64,000 bases of DNA, taken from positions 13,888,001 to 13,952,000 of the forward strand of contig OX597841.1 in the NCBI GenBank assembly GCA_951406725.2, read 5' to 3'. Position numbers and translations under genes: made by a program. Shown in pieces: positions 1 to 10,942 of the stretch; positions within the stretch are counted from its first letter, which is position 1, and each line of letters starts with the position of its first letter. Origin of the DNA: Octopus vulgaris. Lineage: Eukaryota. Under the pieces are notes generated by a model. The model was not told where the DNA came from. It did not search any database and was given only the letters and a program-made list of their open reading frames with translations.

Positions 1-85
1 ACAAGCAAATCTGTGGTATTGAGCAGAATATTTGCTGTAGGCCATCTTTTATACCAAGACAAAACAATGTACATGATGACACTTC

Positions 86-143
<58 letters not shown>

Positions 144-744
144 GTTATTATTATAGACTGAAAGATATTGGGGAAAGGAATTTCAAGTGGAAAGGAATTT
201 ATTTTTGCCAACTCATGTGGAAAATCAGGGACTATTAAAAAAAGCTTATCTCGAGATATGATAAAGCCATGAATAGTCAAAGTCACAACAAGGACTGGCT
301 GTTGATAGACATAGGTCAATATATGTGTGTGTGTGTGTGTGCATGTGTTCATGTGTTCATGTGTGTATAATCGTGCGTATACATATGTATGTGTGTTTGT
401 GTGTGATCATGCATGTACATATGTGTGTGTGTTCAGGTTTGTAGTGTACATATTCTACAAGTCTGACCTTCTTAGTGAGATACGAATTGTAAAGTCTTCA
501 AAGACTCCTACAACTTTCCAGACATGTACAAATTCTTTTATTCTTTTATTCTTTTGCTTGTTTCAGTCATTTGACTGTGGCCATGCTGGAGCACCGCCTT
601 TAGTCGAACAACCCAACCACAGAACTCACTCTTTGTAAGCCTAGTACTTATTCTATCGGTCTCTTTTGCTGAACCGCTAAGTTACGGGAACATAAACACA
701 CCAACATCAGTTGTCAAGTAATACATATACATACACATATATAT

Positions 745-958
745 ATATAAATACAGTGTACATTTAAACATATAAGAGGTATCAATCATTTAAAGTCAGA
801 AACCAGGGTCCAGGAGTTAGATGGCAAATGTTTTTATTTTTCTTTCCCTTCGAAGTTTATCCCTAATAGTGGCTTGGATTTTGGCTATTCCTTCTAGCAT
901 GTCAGGTATCCTATGATTGATACCTCTTAATGTGTTTAAATGTACACTGTATTTATAT
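745..958. repeat. Inverted repeat, ~45-bp arms (745-789 / 913-958) around a ~125-bp spacer
   Basis: atacagtgtacatttaaaca...gaggtatcaatcat versus atgattgatacctc...tgtttaaatgtacactgtat. Confidence 0.85.
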
Positions 959-1042
959 GAATAATATATAGTCTATTGACTAATTTTTCTACACGCTAGG
1001 CCACAGGTAGTAAAAATTTCCAAAATTTTTCTTACCCTGATA

Positions 1043-1335
<293 letters not shown>

Positions 1336-2009
1336 TAGGCGCAGGAGTGGCTGTGTGGTAAGTAGCTTGCTTACCAACCACATGGTTCCGGGTTCAGTCC
1401 CACTGCATGGCACCTTGGGCAAGTGTCTTCTACTATAGCCTCGGGCCGACCAAAGCCTTGTGAGTGGATTTGGTAGACGGAAACTGAAAGAAGCCTGTTG
1501 TATATATGTATATATATATATGTATTTGTGTGTGTGCGTGTATGTTTGTCCCCCCTTCCACATTGCTTGACAACCGATGCTGGTTCCGTCTACCAAATCC
1601 ACTCACAAGGCTCTGGTTGGCCCGATATATAGTAGAAGACACTTGCCCAAGGTGCCATGCAATGGGACGGAACCCAGAACCATATGGTTGGGAAGCCAGT
1701 TTCTTACCACACAGCCACTCCTGTGCCTATATGCACAGCCACTCCTGCACCTGTTACTCATAAAATATTTAATACAACTTTTAATTTCTGAACCAATAAA
1801 TGTAAGTATTTGAACGTTCGTTTTATGCCTACAATAAGTACAATATATATATATATATATCCACACCCACCAGATACACTTTCACATAAATATCACAATA
1901 AAGAAATATTTCACATAAATATCACAATAAAGAAATATTTCACATAAATATCACCATTATCAACAAGGAAGCCAACCAGTAAATTTGTTGTTGTTTACTA
2001 TTTTTTTGG

Positions 2010-2725
2010 TACTCTTTTACTTGTTTCAGTCAGTTGACTGCGGCCATGCTGGAGCACCGTCTTTAGTCGAGCAACTCGACCCCGGGACTTATTCTTTGTA
2101 AGCCCAGTACTTATTCTATCGGTCTCTTTTGCCGAACCGCTAAGTGACGGGGATGTAAACACACCAGCATCGGTTGTCAAGCAATGCTAGGGAGACAAAC
2201 ACACAAACACATACACACACATAGATATATATATACATATATACAACAGGCTTCTTTCAGTTTCCATCAACCAAATCCACTCAGTTGTCAAGCAATGCTA
2301 GGGGGACAAACACATACACACACATAGATATATATATACATATATACAACAGGCTTCTTTCAGTTTCCATCAACCAAATCCACTCAGTTGTCAAGCAATG
2401 CTAGGGGGACAAACACATACACACACATAGATATATATATACATATATACAACAGGCTTCTTTCAGTTTCCATCAACCAAATCCACTCAGTTGTCAAGCA
2501 ATGCTAGGGGGACAAACACACAAACACATACACACACATAGATATATATATATACATATATACGACGGGCTTCTTTCAGTTTCCGTCTACCAAATCCACT
2601 CCCAAGGCTTTGGTCGGCCCGAGGCTATAGTAGAAGACACTTGCCTAAGGTGCCACGCAGTGGGACTGAACCCAGAACCATGTGGTTGGGAAGCAAGCTA
2701 CTTACCACACAGCCACGCCTGCGCC
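2010..2725 (-). mobile_element. tRNA-derived SINE family A with its central ~103-bp segment repeated four times
   Basis: Head tggctgtgtgg (A box) and ggttcagtcc (B box), (aaagagta)n tail; segment restarts near 2173, 2284, 2387, 2490. Other copies near 1338(+), 7415, 14930, 16000, 25455, 31485, 33275(+), 42565, 43358, 48693(+), 55665. Confidence 0.85.
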
Positions 2726-3129
2726 TTGTTGTTGTTGTTTTTGTTTGCTTTTTTGTAATTGTTTACAAACTGAATTGTTGCCAAATTGGGTGGAATTGAA
2801 ACTGCCTCTCCTTGGTTTAGATTCAAGGAGTGTGAGTGGTGGTGAGAGGAAGTTGGAGAAAAGGGTCAAGGATGGGGAAGAGACTGGGGGAAGGGTTAGG
2901 GTGGTTGGAGCAAGGAGGAAGGTCAGGGAGGGGGAATGGTGATAGAAGGGGGAGATAGGAGAGAAAGAGGAAGAGAGATATAAATGAGAGAGGGAGAAGT
3001 GGGAGAGAAGGTGTGGAAATAGAAAGGAAAGCAGAGAAAGAAGTTGAATAGGAGAGAGAGAGAGACAGACAGACAGAGGTAGAGTAAGAGAGAGATAGGA
3101 TAAGGAAATAGAAGGGAGAGAAGGTGGAA

Positions 3130-3620
3130 ATAGAATGGAAGAGAAAGAGAGAGGATGAAAGGAGAGAGAGAAGTGTGTGTGTGTGTAAGAGAGAGAGAGA
3201 GAGAGAGACAGGCAGAAGTAGAGACAGAGGATGTAGAGCAAGAGAGAGATGTGTGTGAGAGAGAGAGAGATAGGATAAGGAAAGAGAATGGAAGAGAAAG
3301 AGAGAGGTTGAAAGGAGAGAGAGAAGTGTGTGTGTGTGTAAGAGAGAGAGAGAGAGAGAGACAGGCAGAAGTAGAGACAGAGGATGTAGAGCAAGAGAGA
3401 GATGTGTGTGAGAGAGAGAGAGATAGGATAAGGAAAGAGAATGGAAGAGAAAGAGAGAGGTTGAAAGGAGAGAGAGAAGTGTGTGTGTGTGTAAGAGAGA
3501 GAGAGAGAGAGAGAGACAGGCAGAAGTAGAGACAGAGGATGTAGAGTAAGAGAGAGATGTGTGTGAGAGAGAGAGAGATAGGATAAGGAAAGAGAAGAGA
3601 GAGGATGAAAGGAGAGAGAG
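3130..3620. repeat. GA-rich tandem repeat, 153-bp unit, ~3 copies, within a wider purine tract (about 2830-4210)
   Basis: tgaaaggagagagagaagtgtg recurs at 3156, 3309, 3462. Confidence 0.85.
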
Positions 3621-4559
3621 AGAGAGAGGAGGTAGAGAAGTGTGTGTATGAGAGAGGGAGAGAGATCGTAAAGCATGGCCTAGATGCTGCGGCCCTCTCT
3701 TCCCAGCTCGAGCCAGCGAGACTAGACCGAAGGGATGGTTAAAGGCTTGACAGTATGATAGTTTCCCCGTTCCATGTTAGTAGGTCCCTGATCAGAAATG
3801 CCGTCTGGGAAAGAGAACAAGAGAGAGAGAGAGAGAGAGCGAGTCAAAGGTAAGAGTAGGATAAAGAGAAAAGGAGATGAAGAGATAGAAGAGGAGAAAG
3901 AGGGAGTGAGGGTGAGAAAGAGAGATAGAGAGATAGAAACGGGAACGGAGAGAGAGAGAGAGGGGGTGAGTCAAAGGTAAGAGTAGGATAAAGAGAAAAG
4001 GAGATGGAGAGATAGAAGTAGGATAAAGAGGGAGTGGGGGTGAGAATGAGAGATAGAGACGGGAACGGAGAGAGTGAGAGAGAAGGGGAGGAGGCGAAAC
4101 GTGAAGAAGTGTGAGAAAGAGAGATAGAGACAGAAACGGAGAGAGTAAGAGTTAGAGAGGTAGGAGAGAGAGAAGGGGAGGAGGAGGCGAAACGTGAAGA
4201 AGAAGTGAAAGTTAAGTGCGCCGTAAAAGGTTTACTCTGCGCATGCGTAGTTGTGGGTTCTGTTGGACCAAAATCCATTTCGCGTCGTCCTGCCCGAGTT
4301 TGGGTGTCTCTCTTTTGGGATCCCCTTTTTTACCTGAAACCTTCTCCACCCGACCAAACAAGGAACGATCTTCACCCGACAACAGACGGTAGGAACCACC
4401 TCTACGTCTAAGGTTTACCATTTTACGCTTAATTTTCGTTGAACTTTGATTAAAGGGGTTTTGTTTACATGATAAAGAGACAAGTCCACAGTAAGCCCCT
4501 GTTACCATGGATCCTAACGGGGTTTGCGCCCCACATTAGGGTTCGCCCCGTTATTCATG

Positions 4560-5176
4560 TGAGACAGTATTAAATGGGGTCCTACTTTTCTAATTATTGC
4601 TTCTGTTGTTCTTATTACATTCGCTATTTACATGTTTGGTGCTGTAGTAGTGGTATTAGGGGTTAATGGTGCGGTCCCCCGTCGTCAAAGGGGCCTTTCT
4701 GCTGGTATTTATAAGGGACAGTGTTAAATGGGGTCTTGTTTTGCTAATTATTGCTTCTGCTGTTGTTATTACATTCGCTATTTACATGTTTGCTGTAGTA
4801 GTAGTGGTGTTGGGGGTAATGGTGCGGCCCTCCATCGTCAAAGGGGCCGTTTTGCTGGTATTTATAAGGGACAGTATTAAATGGGGTCTTGTTTTGCTAA
4901 TTATTGCTTCTGCTGTTGTTATTACATTCGCTATTTACATGTTTGCTGTAGTAGTAGTGGTGTTGGGGGTAATGGTGCGGCCCCTCGTCGTCAAAGGGGC
5001 CGTTTTGCAGGTATTTATAAGGGACAGTATTAAATGGGGTCTTGTTTTGCTAATTATTATTGGTATTTTTTTTCTGTTGTTGTTGTTACATTCGCTATTT
5101 ACATATTTGCTGCTGTAGTAGTGGTGTGGTCCCCCCGTCGTCAAAGGGGCCTTTTTGCTGGTATTTATAAGGGACA
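4560..5176. repeat. Tandem repeat, ~153-bp unit, ~4 copies
   Basis: gacagtattaaatggggtcttgttttgctaattattg recurs; 51-aa periodicity of ORF 4666-5118. Confidence 0.88.
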
Positions 5177-5501
5177 GGGTACTACTAGCGAACAAGTGGT
5201 CCCGGTGCGCGCACTCGCGCTAGCTAGTCGTAAGTAGTCGATCCTACAACGACCTTTTAACCCTAAACCGAACCCTAACCCTGACCTTAGTTTGTTTATA
5301 AAAAATAATTTATTTTCTTAGTTTAAAAAAATTATTTACTTTGCGTTTTATTTACTTTGTTCGAAAAATATTATTTAATTTTCTTTGATATGGATTCAGC
5401 CTTGAAATACAAACACACGCGCAAGTCCCTGTAGGATCGACTACTTACGACTACCTAGCGCGAGTGCGCGCACCGGGACCACTTGTTCGCTAGTAGTACC
5501 T
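5177..5501. mobile_element. CpG-rich MITE with ~70-bp terminal inverted repeats and 6-bp TSD (gggaca)
   Basis: ggtactactagcgaacaagtggtcccggtgcgcgcactcgcgctag... and its reverse complement; gggaca at 5171-5176 and 5502-5507; related copy about 31148-31340. Confidence 0.82.
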
Positions 5502-6208
5502 GGGACACACATTAAATGGGGTCTTGTTTTGCTAATTGTTGCTATTGCAATCGTTATTTATATGTTTCCTGTTGTGATGTTACTGGTAAGGGTGCAGTCC
5601 CCCGTTAAATGATTCCCCCCTCTCGTTATTCATGTAAAACCGTATTAAATGGGGTCTTGTTTCGCGTGTTGTTCATGTTCCTGCTCTTCTTTGCACGGTG
5701 TTAGCGGTTGGTGTTGCAGACCTTCCCTCAGACACAAATCTCTACACGAAACAGTCGCCGACCGGCAAATATATATAATAAACCCAGTGTTATCCACCAC
5801 AATAATGGTTCAACTATTAAATCCGTCTTCAAACTGTCCTTCATCAGATTTTGAGGAATAACTCTCAATTACTTCACGAAGGACGAAAAGGATCACGAAC
5901 CGGATTTTTGTTTTCCTCAGTGAAAGAATTTTCCGTCTAAATATTTCAATTATTTTTTTAACAAATTCTTTCGTTTTTTTTACAACTTAGTCCCCAATTC
6001 CGTCCCCTTTTTCTCGGTTATTTTATTTACTATTTCACTTCACTCAAAAGCCGACTTTAATAGAAAACAGCAGGAGCAAAAAAATACGTACACCACCCGT
6101 TTTCGGCGTAACAAAAAACCGAAACCCTAACCCTAAACACCGGGGTGTGCGTATTCTTTACTTTCGCCACAGGATACATTTGCCTTTATTTTATTGTACA
6201 CATTTAAG

Positions 6209-6242
<34 letters not shown>

Positions 6243-7414
6243 ATCTTGAAGTCATAGAAGAGGAGGGCGTAGCTTAAATGCTCCTTTATAGGGGTCCCTT
6301 AGAACTGGTAGGAGGAATGGGATAAAGTGATCCCTAGACCGAGAAATCTAGCCCGAATTATAGCAAGCGAGTGAACCTTGCTGAAAGACACCCGTGAACC
6401 GGGTGAGAGTGCTAACCCGGACAACAGATTGATATTAACCTTAAAACCCACCGGCTTAACGCAAGGGCAGTACACCGGACAGTTATAGAGAAGCTGAAGG
6501 CTCATAGGTCTAAGGCCCATTGCCAATTTTTGTCGGTTGTCGTTTGCTGTCAGTAAAAAAAAAATGTAAAACCACCAACCTTGCCACTTCGCCCAGGGGT
6601 TTTTTTTTTGTTTTTGCGGGCCTCCAATAATGTTACAACAACTCAAAGACTATTTTATTAAGGGCCTCGCTTTCTTCTCGGATTTGCACTGGTTTATTAT
6701 TTGGACTGTAGAATGACAGTGTTAGGAACATAAATTGTGCCTAAGGTTTGGTGGAAGATTTTAATTAAAAACTTATGAAAACAAGACATTTGTACTACAG
6801 AGCCAGAGGTGGTTTCAGCCAGGTTGGCATCGAAAGAGTTAAGCATGCCTCTACATAAGAGCAGATGCACATTACAAGCAGTTGGGAGGGTGTGGATTGA
6901 AGGAAATTTAGGCTATTATTTCTAGCATATAGAATGACCACATTGAGGTCTCCTTCTCTCATGTCTTCTGCTGATTATTTTTCTTCTTAACCCTTTTCTT
7001 ACCATATTTCTGTTGAGATGCTCTGTGTTTCTTTCAATTACTTTAAATATAACAAAGAATTTAGTAAAATAACTTCATTATCATTAAGCTAGTGTTAGGA
7101 ACATAAATTTTGACTAAGGTTTGGGGGAAGATTTTAATTGAGAACTTATGAAAACAAGACATTTGTACTACAGGGCCAGAGGTGGTTTCAGCCGGGTTGG
7201 CATCAAAAAGGTTAACACAGCTTAAACTTGAACCAACAGATCTTTGATATCAAAAGCATGACAGAATGACCATCCCATCTTTTTCCTTCAGGCACAAGTG
7301 TACTTTGGACTACATTGTGCAATGTGCCCCATTTTTAATGTCTTATATTCACAAACGAAGCTGATTACCAAAGTCCACATTGTGTTAGGTTTTATTTTGG
7401 AATTCTTAAATATT

Positions 7415-7621
7415 CTCTTTTTCTCTTTTACTTGTTTCAGTCATTTGACTGTGGCCATGCTGGAGCACCGCCTTTAGTTGAGCAAATCGACCCCGGGACT
7501 TATTCTTTGTAAGCCCAATACTTATTCTATCGGTCTCTTTTGCTGAACCGCTAAGTGACGGGGACGTAAACACACCAGCATCGGTTGTCAAGCAATGCTA
7601 GGGAGACAAACACAAACACAT

Positions 7622-7660
<39 letters not shown>

Positions 7661-7822
7661 CGACAGGCTTCTTTCAGTTTCCGTCTACCAAATCCACTCA
7701 CAAGGCATTGGTCGGCCCGGGGCTATAGCAGAAGACACTTGCCCAAGATACCACGCAGTGGGACTGAACCCGGAACTATGTGGTTGGTTAGCAAGCTACT
7801 TACCACACAGCCACTCCTGCGT
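7415..7822 (-). mobile_element. SINE family A, full length
   Basis: Same head, internal (TA/CA)n and tail as other copies. Confidence 0.88.
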
Positions 7823-8251
7823 GCATACATAAATATATATATATAATCAAAATAATCAAAATAAGCAACAAGTATATCCAAGGTAGTGTAGTACAACCGC
7901 TTCATGCTACTTCATTTTATTAAACAATGTAAGTATTACATCAGTTTTTAAGCTACTTACCACACAGCCACTCCTGCGCCTATTCATTTGTTTGTTTCTA
8001 CGTTTGGTTGCTATGTCTAGCAGTCTGGATGACCATGTAGAAAGGCCTTATTGTTGTCGTCGTTTAACCCAGATTAACTTTGAACCATTAAATTTTTAAT
8101 AGCAAAAGCATGACTGCATGACCATCCCACACACAGGAATATACAGGAGGTCACAAAAAAACCTCCCTTGTTTCACAGAACCATTCTTGTGGTGCTACTG
8201 ACATTAGGCAGGTGGAAATGCCATCTGCTCATAGTTAATGTTTTACGATTT

Positions 8252-9130
8252 CATCATCGTTTAACATCTGCTTTCCATGCTGGCATGGGTTGGACGGGTT
8301 GACTGAGGGCTGGCAAGCCAGGAGGCCACACCAGGTTCCAATCTGATCTGGCAAAGTTTCTACAACTGGATGCCTTCCCTATCGCCAACCACTCTGAGTG
8401 TTAGTGGGTGCTTTTTACGTGCCACTGGCACGGGAGCCAGTCAGGCAGCACTGGCATCGGCCACATTTGGATGGTGCTTTTTACGTACCGCCAGCATGGG
8501 AGCTGGTATCATCCACGTTTGGATGGTGCTTTTTAGGTGCCACCAGCATGGGAGCCAGTCAGGTGGTACTGGCATCGGCCACATTTGGATGGTGCTTTTT
8601 GTATGCCACTAGCACAGGAGCCACTCAGGCAGCACTGGTATCGGCCACATTCAGATGGTGCTTTTTACATGCCACCGTCACAGGGGCCAGTCAGGCGGCA
8701 CTGGCATCAGCCACATTCAGATGGTGCTTTTTACGTGCCACCGTCACAGAGGCCAGTCAGGTGGCACTGGTATCATCCACGTTTGGATGGTGCTTTTTAG
8801 GTGCCACCAGCATGGGAGCCAGTCAGGTGGTACTGGTATCGGCCACATTCAGATGGTGCTTTTTACGTGCCACCGTCACAGGAACCAGTCAGGTGGCACT
8901 GGCATCGGCCACATTCAGATGGTGCTTTTTACGTGCCACCGTCACAGGGGCCAGTCAGGTGGCACTGGTATCGGCCACATTCAGATGGTGCTTTTTACGT
9001 GCCACCGTCACAGGGGCCAGTCAGGTGGCACTGGTATCGGCCACATTCAGATGGTGCTTTTTACGTGCCACCGTCACAGGGGCCAATCAGGTGGCACTGG
9101 TATCGGCCACAACTACAATTTCCATTTGAT
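8252..9130 (-). mobile_element. SINE-like family C copy with internal 66-bp minisatellite (~10 units, 8400-9110)
   Basis: (ATG)n-tailed family with ggttggcgttaggaagggcatccagctg core; 22-aa periodicity in overlapping ORFs. Confidence 0.82.
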
Positions 9131-9379
9131 TGTGATTCGATTGATTTACTTCACTGAATAGGTGTCCTCAAGCACTGCATGTCACCCGACGATTCAACTA
9201 GGGTCAAGTCCAGTGTTCTGCTTGGTTGACTTCCTTGTAGGGACTCCATAATTTATCTTGGCATGATAGTCATCTACCATTCTTAAGAAGTCATGGCCTG
9301 TATTTTTCTTAGGGCCCAGTTCTGACCAGAGGGAAAATTTCATTGGTTTTGTGTGAGGTGATGTCAGAACACCATACAC

Positions 9380-9539
9380 TGTGTGAGTGTGTGTCTGTGT
9401 ATGTTGGCAAACGAGGCCAGGTGAATGAGTGAATGTAACCTGGCCACCTCACCTGGTTCTAATGTCTGTGGTTCGCTGTTATCTTCAGTGTTAGACAGAC
9501 AATAGGCTTCGTTAGAACTGCAAAAAGAAATGGGGGCTC

Positions 9540-9586
<47 letters not shown>

Positions 9587-9881
9587 CTCTCTCCCACCTT
9601 CTCTTTCTTTGTCCTACAGGGGTCACCAAGTAAGACAACTATCTCTCGGGGTCTGTCTATTACACTCTAACCTCTTGCCTGGTATACAACTCCCTCCTTC
9701 GGATCCATTCCTTCTCTCAACTGAAAGGCCTTTGTCTGGCAGGTTACTTGGCAACCCTGCTGGTGCTGGTGCCACACACATAGTACCCGTGTTAGTGCCA
9801 CATAAATGGACCTGTGCTGGTGCCACGCAGAAAGCACCTGTGCCAGTCCAACGTCAAAGGCACCTGTGCTAGTGCCACATA
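9380..9881 (-). pseudogene. Inverted duplicate of 13529-14015 containing a copy of TANGO2 exon 4 (9453-9517) with both splice sites
   Basis: Reverse complement aligns end to end by eye; 64/65 identity over the exon. Confidence 0.9.
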
Positions 9882-9982
9882 CCTGCAGGGGCCGACTGAT
9901 CTGAATGTCCCCCCATTGGTTGGTTGTTTTGCTACATCTCTCTCCCTTTCTCTCCCAATAGGGGGACACGCTCATCCTGACG

Positions 9983-10124
9983 ATGTGTATGCTCTTCTTC
10001 CATTTCCTTGCGGATCCTTCGCCAGATAAATATCGCCTGATCTTAGCCAATGTCCGTGATGAAAGCTGGGATCGGCTCACGTTGCCCCTCGGATTCTGGA
10101 AGGACAATCCCCAGTGTATTGGTG
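9983..10124 (+). CDS. TANGO2: TANGO2 coding exon 1 (acceptor AG ends 9961, so an upstream non-coding exon is likely)
   Basis: MCMLFFHFLADPSPDKYRLILANVRDESWDRLTLPLGFWKDNPQCIG, donor G|gtaagc. Confidence 0.92.
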
Positions 10125-10175
10125 GTAAGCAGTATTTCTTGTTATCTTTCATCTTTTGCTTGTTTACCAGCTCAC

Positions 10176-10231
<56 letters not shown>

Positions 10232-10460
10232 TAATAATTATAATAATAATAACAATAATAATAATAATAATAATAATAACAATAACAATAATAATAACAA
10301 TAACAATAATAATAATAATAATAATAATAACAATAACAATAATAATAACAATAACAATAATAATAATAATAACAATAATAATAATAATAATAACAATAAT
10401 AATAATAATAACAATAACAATAATAATAATAATAATAACAATAATAATAATAATAATAAC

Positions 10461-10501
<41 letters not shown>

Positions 10502-10911
10502 TAATAATTATAATAATAATAACAATAACAATAATAATAATAATAATAATAATAACAATAACAATAATAATAACAATAACAATAATAATAATAATAACAA
10601 TAATAATAATAATAATAACAATAATAATAATAATAATAACAATAACAATAATAATAATAATAATAACAATAATAATAATAATAATAACAATAATAATTAT
10701 AATAATAATAATAATAATAACAATAACAATAATAATAATAATAATAATAATAACAATAACAATAATAATAACAATAACAATAACAATAACAATAATAATA
10801 ATAATAATAACAATAATAATAATAATAATAATAACAATAATAATAATAATAATTATGATGATAATAATAATAACAGTAATGACAATAACAATAATAATAA
10901 CAATAATAATT

Positions 10912-10942
<31 letters not shown>

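Noticed and set aside
2702-3676. 324-aa Ser/Leu-rich ORF and similar ORFs at 39708, 49573 and 53909
   Set aside because: Products of CT/GA microsatellites; only the true PRKAA exon 4 portion of the 49575 ORF is coding.
5270-5290. ccctaa repeats as an interstitial telomere (also near 6125 and 31360)
   Set aside because: Only two to three degenerate units, internal to MITEs.
9453-9517. Second TANGO2 paralog on the minus strand
   Set aside because: Only exon 4 is duplicated; I found no other antisense TANGO2 exons in the window.
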